Origin: Desulfurococcales archaeon
GTDB lineage: Archaea > Thermoproteota > Thermoprotei_A > Sulfolobales > Desulfurococcaceae
Length of the DNA: 64,000 bases
Assembly (NCBI GenBank): GCA_027022365.1
Contig: JALVYU010000031.1
Location: 384,001 to 448,000 of the forward strand
Direction: 5' to 3'
Made by a program: the position numbers and the translations under genes. This document shows positions 29,799-39,671 of the stretch, in pieces (positions within the stretch are counted from its first letter, which is position 1; each line of letters begins with the position of its first letter). Below the pieces are notes generated by a model. That model had not been told where the DNA came from. It worked only from the letters and a program-made list of their open reading frames with translations, and made no database searches.

Positions 29799-31481
29799 GT
29801 GAGGCCCAGGAACAAGTACGAGCTCATGATTGATCTGAGGCGCTTCGGCGAGCCCCGTCTCAGGGGTAAGTACTTGTTTCTATCCAGGATAAAGAGCGGT
29901 AGATTAAGGGATCTAGTTGATTATCTCCACTGGAGGCTAGGGGGATATTATTCGACATCCATAGGCGTTGATGAGAGGCCTCTTGACGGTTACTTCCACG
30001 TCTACCACGTCTTCGTCCTTGAAGAATACGGGGTGTACGTACTGGTTGATCTCATCGCCGACCCCGGGCATCCCGTCGTCGAATCAATAACTCCCGTTGT
30101 ACCCGCCGCTAATTGGGCTGAGAGGGAGATAATGGATTTTATAGGGGTCAAGTTCAGAGGGCACCCCGAACCCCATAGGCTCATACTTCCTGATGACTGG
30201 CCTGAAAACGTCTACCCGTTGAGAAAGGATTACCCGTACGATGACAAGCTCCCTACAAGCGATAAAATAGCTAAGCTTGTACGCGAATCCTCGCCAGCTA
30301 CATGGGAACCTGAAGCCCCTGGGGATCATACCGTTATACCGGTTGGCCCTTATCACCCAGCCCTCCACGAGCCCGAGTACTTCGAGCTATTCGTTGAGGG
30401 CGAGAAGATTGTTGATGCTAGGTATAAGGGCTTCATGGTTCACAGGGGGATCGAGAAGATCGCCGAGTCCAGGCTATCATACAACCAAGTGTCTTTCATA
30501 GCGGAGAGAATCTGCGGTATCTGCGGCTTCACGCACAGTACTGCGTACTGCCAGGCCGTGGAGGAAGCAGCGGGGATCGATGTGCCTGAGAGAGCGGAGT
30601 ATATTAGGAGCATACTCCTCGAGATCGAGAGGATCCATAGCCACTTCCTATGGATGGGCGTCGCCTTCCACCTCCTAGGCTACGATACAGGCTTCATGAT
30701 AATGTGGAGGCTGCGCGAAAGCATCATGGATCTAGCCGAGGAACTGACGGGGAGCAGGAAGATGTATGGAGCGAACATCGTCGGAGGGATCAGGGATAAA
30801 TGGGATATCAGGGACGATAAAGCGGCCTTGATCAAGAGAATGCTGGACGAGATAAGGGAGGAATACCTGAAGTACATCCCAAAGATCATTTCCCTGGAGG
30901 AGATCAAGAAGAGGACACGGGGAGTAGGAGTATTATCGAGGAGCGATGCAAGGAAGTACAGCGTCCTCGGCCCACACGCAAGGGCGTCCGGGATAAAAAC
31001 AGATGTACGCAAGTACAGGCCATACGCCGCCTACAAGTACGTCAACGTCGAGATCCCAGTACTAGATGACGGAGACATATACGCGAGAATGATTGTCAGG
31101 CACGAGGAGATCCTGGCATCAATCGATCTAATACATAGGCTTCTAGACAATATCCCTAAAACCCCCCTCCACGCCGACACCAGCTATATCCCTGAGAGAA
31201 GACATGGGATCGGGTGCACCGAGGCCCCGCGGGGCGAGGACCTGCACTTCGTCATAACCGGGAGGGACAACAAGCTCTATAGGTGGAGGCCTAGGGCCCC
31301 GACATATAATAATCTCCTATCAGTCCCAGCCATGCTCCGCGGGGAATACCTCGCGGACGCACCAATAATAATTGCAAGCATAGACCCGTGTTTCTCCTGC
31401 ACAGACCACGTCGTAGTCGTAGACCTTAGATCCGGTAGGAGGAGGCCCTTGAGAACAAGAGGAGTTGTAGGGGGGCGGTGA
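29799..31481 (+). CDS. Group 4 [NiFe]-hydrogenase large subunit (HycE-like, NuoC+NuoD fusion)
   Basis: WAEREI.D..G..F.GHP; GPYHP; HRGIEK; L1 ERICGICG; L2 DPCFSCTDH plus C-terminal extension. Confidence 0.95.
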   Translation: MRPRNKYELMIDLRRFGEPRLRGKYLFLSRIKSGRLRDLVDYLHWRLGGYYSTSIGVDERPLDGYFHVYHVFVLEEYGVYVLVDLIADPGHPVVESITPVVPAANWAEREIMDFIGVKFRGHPEPHRLILPDDWPENVYPLRKDYPYDDKLPTSDKIAKLVRESSPATWEPEAPGDHTVIPVGPYHPALHEPEYFELFVEGEKIVDARYKGFMVHRGIEKIAESRLSYNQVSFIAERICGICGFTHSTAYCQAVEEAAGIDVPERAEYIRSILLEIERIHSHFLWMGVAFHLLGYDTGFMIMWRLRESIMDLAEELTGSRKMYGANIVGGIRDKWDIRDDKAALIKRMLDEIREEYLKYIPKIISLEEIKKRTRGVGVLSRSDARKYSVLGPHARASGIKTDVRKYRPYAAYKYVNVEIPVLDDGDIYARMIVRHEEILASIDLIHRLLDNIPKTPLHADTSYIPERRHGIGCTEAPRGEDLHFVITGRDNKLYRWRPRAPTYNNLLSVPAMLRGEYLADAPIIIASIDPCFSCTDHVVVVDLRSGRRRPLRTRGVVGGR

Positions 31482-31484
31482 TAA

Positions 31485-31988
31485 ATGAACAGGATCAAGG
31501 TGCTCCTCGAAAATCTTAGAAGAGGAGTCGTGACGGAGCAATACCCCTTCAAGCCCATCAGAGTCCCGGAGAGGCTGAGGGGCAAACCAGTAATAGACCC
31601 TGATAAGTGCGCTGGCTGCGGGGCATGCGTTAATGCATGTCCTCCAAACGCGCTTACAATGCGTGACGATAAGCACAGCTCGATGAGGTTCATAGTGTTA
31701 TTCATTGGTCGATGCATCTACTGCGGGAAATGCGAGGAGGCCTGCCCGTTCGGCGCTATAAGGCTTACAAGGGAGTTCGAGCTGGCCGCTGAGAATAGGG
31801 AGGACCTCTACCAAGTGGTAGGGCTGAGACTGTATCACTGCCCATTGTGCGGCGAGCCCTTCACGACTGTGAGGCTGATCAAGAGGGTCGTGGAGGCCCT
31901 GCCCGAGGAGCAGAGGGCAGCGGCCACCTTATGTCCCAGATGCCGCGAATCAGTTACGGCCCACTACAGGAGCTATGCCCGGAGGTAG
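31485..31988 (+). CDS. Hydrogenase Fe-S subunit (HycF/NuoI-like)
   Basis: YPF...RGKP, CAGCGACVNACP, CIYCGKCEEACP, CPLC...CPRC. Confidence 0.93.
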   Translation: MNRIKVLLENLRRGVVTEQYPFKPIRVPERLRGKPVIDPDKCAGCGACVNACPPNALTMRDDKHSSMRFIVLFIGRCIYCGKCEEACPFGAIRLTREFELAAENREDLYQVVGLRLYHCPLCGEPFTTVRLIKRVVEALPEEQRAAATLCPRCRESVTAHYRSYARR

Positions 31989-31994
31989 GTATCC

Positions 31995-32573
31995 GTGAAA
32001 CTGTATCGGAGGAGCCTATGGGTCTTCCACCTGAACAGCGGGAGCTGTAATGGGTGTGATATAGAGATACTCAACGCCCTAGCCCCTAGACAGGACGCTG
32101 AGAGGCTGGGCGTAAAGCTTGTCGGGTCGCCGAGACACGCGGACGCAATACTTTTCACCGGCCCGGTCACGAGGGAAGCCCTGCCCAGTGTTGTCAGAGC
32201 CATTCAGGCGGTGCCGGAGCCGAAGATCGTCTTGGCCGTGGGCGCGTGTGCCTGTGGGGGAGGTATCTGGCACGACAGCTACTGTGTCCTAGGGGGGATA
32301 CAGGGGCTCTACAGGGTATTGAAGAGCATGGGTGTAGCGCCTCCGAAGACGATCTATGTGCCTGGATGCCCCCCTAAGCCCGAGGCGATAATTCACGGCA
32401 TAATGCTGGCCAGGGGGCTTGCGGGACAGAGGCAGGCTAGATCCGAGTACTTCGAGGAGCAGGGCCCGGCGGTGAAGGCCGAGGAGGATCTCCACAGGTT
32501 ATTCCATAAGTGCTTCCCGGGACGCCTGCCGCCTAAGACCGCCCGGGTCGAGTGGGGGGTGACACGCTATTGA
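31995..32573 (+). CDS. Hydrogenase small subunit (HycG/NuoB-like)
   Basis: GSCNGCDIE, SPRHAD, GACACGGG, VPGCPP. Confidence 0.95.
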   Translation: MKLYRRSLWVFHLNSGSCNGCDIEILNALAPRQDAERLGVKLVGSPRHADAILFTGPVTREALPSVVRAIQAVPEPKIVLAVGACACGGGIWHDSYCVLGGIQGLYRVLKSMGVAPPKTIYVPGCPPKPEAIIHGIMLARGLAGQRQARSEYFEEQGPAVKAEEDLHRLFHKCFPGRLPPKTARVEWGVTRY

Positions 32574-32854
32574 ATACTAGCTGGTTCTTGTCGTTGTACA
32601 TACCGGTTATCACCTGTGTCTTCATAGCGGCGATAACGCTGTACATGTACAGGATACTCCGGGGCCCGACGATACCCGACATGGTGCTGGGTATCGACTG
32701 TATGAGCTACGACCTAGCCGTCTTTATAGCACTGGTATCGCTGTACTACGATACGTCCTTCCTCATCATAGGCTCCCTCATGATCTCTCTATGGGCGTTC
32801 ATGTTCGACGTATACATCTCGAAGTACTACTTGAAGAAGGAGCTGGGTGATTAG
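32570..32854 (+). CDS. mnhF: Mrp/Mnh Na+/H+ antiporter subunit F
   Basis: YRILRGPTIPD.VLGID. Confidence 0.88.
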   Translation: MNTSWFLSLYIPVITCVFIAAITLYMYRILRGPTIPDMVLGIDCMSYDLAVFIALVSLYYDTSFLIIGSLMISLWAFMFDVYISKYYLKKELGD

Positions 32855-32855
32855 A

Positions 32856-33230
32856 ATGCTCGGCGAGATAATTCAGCAGATAGTGTTCGGTATAGGTGTG
32901 TGCCTAGTAACCATTGGCGCCGTATTCGATCTATTGGCGGCGCTCGGCCTGGTGAGGTTCCCGTGCTTCTACGTCAGAATGCATGCGGCGACCATAGGGG
33001 TTATAGGCGGGGCCGTCGTCCCCCTGATCGGCGTCTCCCTCATCAGCCTCGTCTCCGACCAGCTCGGCCCCTACAGGTTCATGTTTGCGGGTATATCGTT
33101 CTTCACGGCACTGCTGATAATGATCACGGCCCCCGTCGGGACGCACATACTCGCCAACGCTGCACATAAGCTGGATCTATCGCCTAAGGAACCCATTATA
33201 GTTGATAAGATGGGGGAGGATAAGCGTTGA
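32856..33230 (+). CDS. mnhG: Mrp/Mnh antiporter subunit G
   Basis: GLVRFPCFYVRMHAAT, TAPVGTHILA. Confidence 0.9.
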   Translation: MLGEIIQQIVFGIGVCLVTIGAVFDLLAALGLVRFPCFYVRMHAATIGVIGGAVVPLIGVSLISLVSDQLGPYRFMFAGISFFTALLIMITAPVGTHILANAAHKLDLSPKEPIIVDKMGEDKR

Positions 33231-33475
33231 TCTATCCGTTGCTACTCCTATGCTTCTTCTCGACGGCGGGGATGATCTCGTCGTACCTGGCTATACGAGA
33301 GAAGGACTTGCTGAGGGCGATAGCGTTGTCGGCTGTCCAGTCAGTAGCATTCGCCCTGCTCTACGCGGTGCTGCTAGCACCCGATATACTCCTCGTGTAC
33401 CTCGCGGTCGGCCTCGGGATATACCCGATCATACTCATCTATACAGTAAAGAAGACGAGGAGGTATGAGGAATGA
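33227..33475 (+). CDS. Mrp/Mnh small subunit (DUF4040/MbhD-like)
   Basis: KDLLRAI...LLAPD; three TM. Confidence 0.85.
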   Translation: MIYPLLLLCFFSTAGMISSYLAIREKDLLRAIALSAVQSVAFALLYAVLLAPDILLVYLAVGLGIYPIILIYTVKKTRRYEE

Positions 33476-34269
33476 GGAGGGGCATCTCTAGGTCTTCACT
33501 AGTGATAGTCTCGCTCGCACTAGCTCTCTCACTGATACTCGTCTACTTCGCGGCGATGGGAGGCCTAGGCGGCCACCCCTCCGCATCAATAGTGGGCATA
33601 GGCCAGTTCATAGTAAACAACACGTACAACGTGTTTAACAGAACATACTGGGCAGGGAGCCCGGAGGCGGTGACGTCCATTATATGGGATTACAGGGGCT
33701 TCGACACCATTTTCGAGACAACCGTGCTCTTCGCGGCGGTTATGGCGGCCCTCCTCCTAGTCCCCGGAGGCATCAGGGGCCGCATACAAGGGTCTGGAAA
33801 GGACGAGGGGTTGACACTGATTGTTAAGACGGCTTCGAAGATAATATCGTGTATAGTGGTCGTCCTAGCGCTGAACCTGGCCCTGAGGGGATACATATCT
33901 CCCGGAGGAGGCTTCGCGGGCGGCTCATCCTACGCTATAGCCCCGCTGCTTCTGATCGCCGGGTTATCGGTTTTCTACCTTGTACGGCTGGGGTACAGGT
34001 TGTCCCGCGCCATCGGTCTCAGAACCCTTGGGCTGGTGGGCCTAGTTGTTGTTTCGTCCCTACCGCTGCTCTACATGGGCTACATTATCCAGAACCAGGC
34101 AAAGCCCGGCTCGATGTTCCCGGGCTACCCTGTTTTCCTGGGCCCGCTCTACCTCGGCGGATCCCTTATCTACATGAATGTCTTCGAGTTCCTCGTCGTC
34201 TCGATGGAGTTCATCATAATATTCATAGCGATGTTCCTGCTCGACAGGGGGTGTGGCGGCAGTGCTTAG
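33472..34269 (+). CDS. mnhB: Mrp/Mnh antiporter subunit B (MnhB/MbhE-F-like)
   Basis: VTSIIWDYRGFDTIFE, SPGGGFAGG. Confidence 0.88.
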   Translation: MRRGISRSSLVIVSLALALSLILVYFAAMGGLGGHPSASIVGIGQFIVNNTYNVFNRTYWAGSPEAVTSIIWDYRGFDTIFETTVLFAAVMAALLLVPGGIRGRIQGSGKDEGLTLIVKTASKIISCIVVVLALNLALRGYISPGGGFAGGSSYAIAPLLLIAGLSVFYLVRLGYRLSRAIGLRTLGLVGLVVVSSLPLLYMGYIIQNQAKPGSMFPGYPVFLGPLYLGGSLIYMNVFEFLVVSMEFIIIFIAMFLLDRGCGGSA

Positions 34270-34663
34270 CTGGATACTGGTCTTGTACGTCTACCTTACA
34301 CTCTTCGTGACGGGCGGCATCGCGGTTTACGGAGTTGTCGCGAAGAGGAATATAGTTAAGAAGATCATTGCCCTGACGATCTTTAACGACGCCGTAAACA
34401 CGGTAGCGATATTTATAGGATACCGCTTAATACCCCGCCCGCTCCCACCGATCATGCCAACGATCCATCCTAATAGGCAGATCTACTCGGCATTCATATC
34501 GTCATCGGTTGATCCCCTCCCCCAAGCACTCGTAATAACGGCCATAGTAATAGGTGTAGCCGTCACATGCTTCCTCGCGTTCCTCGCCATAAGGCTCTAT
34601 GATAGGTTCGGCACGACGGATTACCAGGAGATTAAGAGGCTGGTCAGAGGTGGTAAGAGATGA
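34253..34663 (+). CDS. mnhC: Mrp/Mnh antiporter subunit C
   Basis: NIVKKII, DPLPQALVITAIVIG. Confidence 0.92.
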   Translation: MAAVLSWILVLYVYLTLFVTGGIAVYGVVAKRNIVKKIIALTIFNDAVNTVAIFIGYRLIPRPLPPIMPTIHPNRQIYSAFISSSVDPLPQALVITAIVIGVAVTCFLAFLAIRLYDRFGTTDYQEIKRLVRGGKR

Positions 34664-35148
34664 GGAGATACATTGTCTTGTTCATATTCTACTTCATAAT
34701 CTACTTGTTGCTCTCAGGGGGAACATACTTCACGGACGTCTTCTTCGCCGCCGTAGTTGCCGCCATAGCCTCGGCTCTCACCGCTAAGCTGCTGGTGAGG
34801 AACGAGGAGAAGCTCGAGCTACGCCGCTTATATTACCTACTAAAGTATTTCTTCAGGTACATGCTCGTCGATGAGATCCGTGCACACATCGATGTCGCGC
34901 GCCGTGTATTGACGGGGGAGATCAGGCCTGGCATTGTAGCGGTTCCCTACTATGTCGGCTCCGACTACGCGAAGACATTGATCGCGAACTCTATAACCAA
35001 TACTCCTGGAACCGTCGTGGTCGGCATAGATGATCGTGAGAAGCTCATGTATGTTCACTGGATCGACGTGAAGGCCCTAGATCCCTCTACGTGCAGGATG
35101 TATATCTCGAGGGTGTTCGAGGAATACGCTATGAAAATATTTGAGTAG
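34660..35148 (+). CDS. mnhE: Mrp/Mnh antiporter subunit E
   Basis: AHIDVA, IRPGIV, ANSITNTPGT, YVHWID. Confidence 0.92.
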   Translation: MRRYIVLFIFYFIIYLLLSGGTYFTDVFFAAVVAAIASALTAKLLVRNEEKLELRRLYYLLKYFFRYMLVDEIRAHIDVARRVLTGEIRPGIVAVPYYVGSDYAKTLIANSITNTPGTVVVGIDDREKLMYVHWIDVKALDPSTCRMYISRVFEEYAMKIFE

Positions 35149-35162
35149 GTGGTGCGTTAGAC

Positions 35163-36725
35163 ATGGTTCCGGCTGTAGACCCGTTACTAGGCCTGGTCGT
35201 GCTCGTACTTGCCCTCGGGGGATTCACGACCCCCCTGATAAGCCGTCTGTCAAGGAATAGATACGCCGTGAGGACGTACCCGCTGATATACTGTGCCGCG
35301 TCATTGGCGATGGCATCGCTGATCATGGAGCATGTATGGGTGGCTGGAGAGCCTGTCGTCTACCTGCTCGGCGGCTGGAGGCCGCCGGTCGGGATACTCT
35401 ATATTGCTGACGGGCTCAGCGCCTTGCTCGGCGTCGTAACCTCGCTGGTTATGCTCCTCATAATGATATATAGTACGGGATATCTCGAGGGCTCCGGGAG
35501 AGAATACACCTACTATTCCCTGATGCTCCTCCTCGAGGCGGGGATGCTTGGATGCATTTACACGGGCGACGTCTTCCATCTCTTCGTCATGCTGGAGGTG
35601 ACCAGCCTGTCCGCGTACGCGCTGGTAGCGTATATCCGTGACAAGCGCGAGGCCCTCTACGCGTCCTACAAGTACGCCATCTACGGCGGCCTCGCCACGA
35701 CAATATATTTCCTGGCGGTGCTGTTCATCTATGGGGGCGTGGGATCCCTCACGATAGGGGATATACATTTGAGGATGGCCGCCTACATGTCCCGGTACGC
35801 TAGGCCGGTCTTCCTGTGCGGGCTCGTATTCACTATCCTCAGCTTCACCGCGTTCCTCTACAAGGCGGCCGTCTTCCCCCTCCACTTCTGGCTCCCCGAC
35901 GCCCATCCGGAGGCGCCGTCTCCTGTATCGGCGGCCCTCTCCGGCCTCGTCGTCAATATAGGTGTCTACGGGATCGTTAGGTTCGCCTACACAATATACC
36001 ATGGCCTCCCCGACCCCGGACTATACAGTTTATCCCTCATGATCACAGGGGGGCTCGGGTGCCTGTCAAGCCTTGTCGGGGCGGTATTGATGGCCAGCTA
36101 TAAGGATGTTAAGAGGATAATAGCCAGCAGCACGATCATGAACATAGGGTTCATGATGATGGGGTACTCGACGGGTTCACCGCTAGGCATAGCCGCCTCA
36201 ACACTCCACCTAATGAACCACTCGTTCGCCAAGAGCCTCGCGTTCCTCTCAAGCGGCGTCCTCATCAAGTCAGCGGGATCAAGGGTTCTCGAGAGGCTCC
36301 GGGGGCTCGGCCGGGCACTGAGGTATGCCGGGATCCCGTTCGCCATATCCCTCCTCTCACTAGCCGGCGTACCGCTCTTCAACGTGTTCGTGAGCGAGTA
36401 CTTGCTGGCAGCATCCTTCATCCACACCGGGAAATGGGTGTTCCTCTGCTTCTTCATGGCATCCTACATCATAAGCACGATCGTCTACCTGAGGATACTC
36501 TACGAAGTATGCCTAAAGACCCCCGCCGCCCCCACAACCCATAGAAGCGGCAGGGAATGGATCCCCGTCGCCGCCATGCTCACCGCCCTATCAATAACCT
36601 GTATAATCACAGGAATACTCAGCGGATACATAATAAGCAAAATAATCATGCCGGCAAGCCAGTGTCTCTACACAAACACAGAATACCTAGAAACAGTGAA
36701 AAAATACCTACTAAACATACACTGA
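35163..36725 (+). CDS. mnhD: Mrp/Mnh antiporter subunit D
   Basis: GGWRPPVGI, TGDVFHLFVMLE, PLHFWLPDAHPEAP. Confidence 0.92.
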   Translation: MVPAVDPLLGLVVLVLALGGFTTPLISRLSRNRYAVRTYPLIYCAASLAMASLIMEHVWVAGEPVVYLLGGWRPPVGILYIADGLSALLGVVTSLVMLLIMIYSTGYLEGSGREYTYYSLMLLLEAGMLGCIYTGDVFHLFVMLEVTSLSAYALVAYIRDKREALYASYKYAIYGGLATTIYFLAVLFIYGGVGSLTIGDIHLRMAAYMSRYARPVFLCGLVFTILSFTAFLYKAAVFPLHFWLPDAHPEAPSPVSAALSGLVVNIGVYGIVRFAYTIYHGLPDPGLYSLSLMITGGLGCLSSLVGAVLMASYKDVKRIIASSTIMNIGFMMMGYSTGSPLGIAASTLHLMNHSFAKSLAFLSSGVLIKSAGSRVLERLRGLGRALRYAGIPFAISLLSLAGVPLFNVFVSEYLLAASFIHTGKWVFLCFFMASYIISTIVYLRILYEVCLKTPAAPTTHRSGREWIPVAAMLTALSITCIITGILSGYIISKIIMPASQCLYTNTEYLETVKKYLLNIH

Positions 36726-37200
36726 CACACAATTAAAGAAGCCAAATAACCCCCAAGCAGATGAAAAACAATAAAGCACAGAACACCCCTCCCAAAAACC
36801 ACCCTCCACCCTCATCCCAGCAACAAAAACAACGCCAGACCAGACAATACCAGACCCAAAGAAGCCATAGAGAGCTCATCCACGGATCAGGCCATAACAC
36901 AATAACACGGGAGCCACTACTACAGAAGTACAGCCTCCCCGCAGAAACAGATGAAGCGAGAACACATAACTAGAAGCCGAGATCACACGTCAAAACCGGG
37001 ACAACCCCCATATAATTATATTAATATGTAATACAGAAAAACAACAAACACCACAGCCCACACAATATAGGAACGCCTCATCCGTAGTATAAGGACAGCG
37101 TAAGGCGAAGAAACAAAACATCAATATGCAGAATAAAAGAGTTGTCCTAACCACTAAATAAGAACGTTGGAATCAAGGTAGTACTGCTTACGGTTATATT

Positions 37201-37896
37201 TTATTCCCTCGCGGCGACAACACTTTGCCCCCCACCATTTCTCGGAGACTTAGAGTCCCCAGTTATCTTCCATAAAGGTTTAACGATAATATTCCTCCCA
37301 ATGATAAGGCCCGCAAAATACTTTAGAAGCCATATCAACCTATATAGCCTAACATAGTCTTCGTCAGAACCGCACCTGAATAAATAATAGTAGCAAAAAT
37401 AATCAGAGCACCGCCTAAATCTAAGCTTAACAAAATTACAGCTAACATCATCAAATTCAGACAAGTCTATCCTCGAACCAAACTCTGTTTTCTCCATTAT
37501 ATCCCTTATACTAGACACAACATTCCTTAGATCAATAAAACCCTGGCTCCTAATCCTGTTACTACTCACAATCTCATATCCAAGAAGGAGACCATCATAT
37601 TTACCATGCACCAGATCACCAAGCTTAACACTCCTGACAAAATACTTGTCGAAAAAAACCAAATACTTATTCAGATCCAAAACATCGTAGACAGTAACAT
37701 AATCAACCCTGTCATATAATGAGACAACAGACAAGAAAGTTAAACCCACATCGAGAAAACCATACTCACTGCTAAAAACACCGTACTCACAATAACCCCC
37801 ATAACAGCCATTAAACCAGCACCTAAAAATCTTCTCTAAAAAATCATCAATAATCATATTCTTACTTGCCATCTTGAAACCTACAATATACATCAA
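37201..37896 (-). CDS. Hypothetical protein
   Basis: 231-aa ORF; weak E...D V...YEI pattern only. Confidence 0.55.
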   Translation of the reverse strand: MMYIVGFKMASKNMIIDDFLEKIFRCWFNGCYGGYCEYGVFSSEYGFLDVGLTFLSVVSLYDRVDYVTVYDVLDLNKYLVFFDKYFVRSVKLGDLVHGKYDGLLLGYEIVSSNRIRSQGFIDLRNVVSSIRDIMEKTEFGSRIDLSEFDDVSCNFVKLRFRRCSDYFCYYYLFRCGSDEDYVRLYRLIWLLKYFAGLIIGRNIIVKPLWKITGDSKSPRNGGGQSVVAARE

Positions 37897-38213
37897 TGAA
37901 AAACCCTCATTACATTTAGTAATAGTAAATTAATCCCTTCAGGTGTCACATGCATGGGCAAAACTTTATTCTTACATTACTTTCTATATTAATCTCAAAA
38001 TCTTATAGTTACTTTTATATCAATATCAACGTATTGTTAGACTTATTTGTCGGAAAAAATGATACGTGGAATCGTATGGAGCAAGACTAAATGTCATCCT
38101 TTATATAGTTTTTTATCATTTTACACAGAATTTTTATCGAAAAAGGTTTATTTTTATGAATTTTTATAGAAAATATCCACAAGTTATTTTAATCTAAAGT
38201 ACATGGTGGTATC

Positions 38214-38672
38214 GTGTATAGATCGAATGCATTAACAAACATATTCTATACCATTATCAATAAGAAGGACTATGTTAATGCATTGAATCAGCTTAGAAAT
38301 ATACAAGTTTATGGAACAACCATGACTTCTTATCGTAAGATCCATTCACTAATTACGGATGTCGTCGATAAGGTATTATCGTTTGAGCAAGCAGGACAAG
38401 GATCAAGTATTACTAACGAGAAGGTTTCTATGATTGTTTCGGAGTTAGTGAGAGTCTCGCTCCTTGTACTGTATCAGATGAGGCGTGGATTGATTAATCG
38501 AACAGTGGCAGAAGGTTTGCACAGTATTTTAAACACCATTACGTCTACCCTCCAGAATTACCTTAGGAGCAGGGATTCAAAGTATATTGAGCTTGCAAAG
38601 AAACAGGTTGATGCATTAAAGATCATTATTGACGGTATACTGGCACTCCATTATGAAAAATTCAAGAAATAA
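38214..38672 (+). CDS. csm2: Type III-A small subunit Csm2
   Basis: Helical, TSYRKIH, YQMRRG, IDGILALHY; first gene of the csm operon. Confidence 0.75.
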   Translation: MYRSNALTNIFYTIINKKDYVNALNQLRNIQVYGTTMTSYRKIHSLITDVVDKVLSFEQAGQGSSITNEKVSMIVSELVRVSLLVLYQMRRGLINRTVAEGLHSILNTITSTLQNYLRSRDSKYIELAKKQVDALKIIIDGILALHYEKFKK

Positions 38673-38691
38673 GGAGGAGGTGGTAGGTATC

Positions 38692-39654
38692 TTGTCCCAG
38701 GAGAAAGGTTGGATTCGTAGGAGGATCCTAGGTGTATTAACTATAGATTATAGGCTCGTGAATACCACTGGATTACTCATAAGATCTCCGTCCGCAAAAG
38801 CCGTTATCGGTGGACACGATATACAGCCAATGATTATTAAGAAGAAATACGTATTCAGGGAACCTACGGGGGAGGGCGGAGGGAAAACCGAGGGCGTTGA
38901 GGTTGAGGTCCCATTTATTCCCGGATCGAGTATAAAGGGTAGAATGAGGAGTCTTCTAGAACTATATGAGGGTGCACGCCTTTATTTTGATGGTAAAATC
39001 CACATCCATGTTAGGGATCTCAATAGACAGGATAGGTGCAATGATCTAGATCATGCCCTGGATAATCTGTTCGGCTCCCCCTCTATCCAGGTTAAAAATG
39101 TAGCGGAGAAAAAGGATCTACTGAAAGATATTCAGGATAAGATCGCTCCTACTAGGCTTATCGTTGAAGACGTGTTCCCATCGGAGAAATACGTGCTGGA
39201 GTTGCTGAATCGATACGGTGTTGTCAGCAAAGAGGATTTCCTCGAGGAGAAATCCGAGAATAGAATCGACAGAATAACAAGCGCTGCTGACCCTAGGTTT
39301 ATATTACGGGTTAAGCCTGACGTTGAGTTCGCGGGTAGAATGACACTATTACTCTTCGATGTCGACTACAAGTATGATAAGATCAAGGAGTACCTGGATC
39401 TTCTATTGACAGGCTTCAAGCTTATCGAAGACACGTATCTCGGCGGCAGCGGGACACGTGGATATGGTAAGGTAAGATTCAAGGACTTAGTGATAAGGCT
39501 TAGAACACCCGGCTACTACCTAGGTAAAGAAGACGAGATAGAAATTGTAAAAGCCGGTAGCATTGATGAGCTATTAAAGACTAAGGATAAGGTACTAAGC
39601 AAGATCAATGAATATATTGTAAAATATGTCGACGAAGAGCAGTTGTCTGGATAA
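38692..39654 (+). CDS. csm3: Type III-A backbone RNase Csm3 (Cas7)
   Basis: TGLLI...IGGHD, PFIPGSSIKGRMRSLLE, KSENRIDR...ADPRF..RV, YLGGSGTRGYG. Confidence 0.95.
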   Translation: MSQEKGWIRRRILGVLTIDYRLVNTTGLLIRSPSAKAVIGGHDIQPMIIKKKYVFREPTGEGGGKTEGVEVEVPFIPGSSIKGRMRSLLELYEGARLYFDGKIHIHVRDLNRQDRCNDLDHALDNLFGSPSIQVKNVAEKKDLLKDIQDKIAPTRLIVEDVFPSEKYVLELLNRYGVVSKEDFLEEKSENRIDRITSAADPRFILRVKPDVEFAGRMTLLLFDVDYKYDKIKEYLDLLLTGFKLIEDTYLGGSGTRGYGKVRFKDLVIRLRTPGYYLGKEDEIEIVKAGSIDELLKTKDKVLSKINEYIVKYVDEEQLSG

Positions 39655-39671
39655 GGGGGAGCCTAAAGGAA

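Noticed and set aside
23363-36457. Numerous antisense and alternate-frame ORFs over the CODH/hydrogenase/Mnh genes
   Set aside because: Shadow ORFs of GC-richer, clearly assigned genes
36761-36973. 70-aa Gln/Pro/Lys-rich ORF
   Set aside because: Product of the A/C-skewed intergenic tract; no family features
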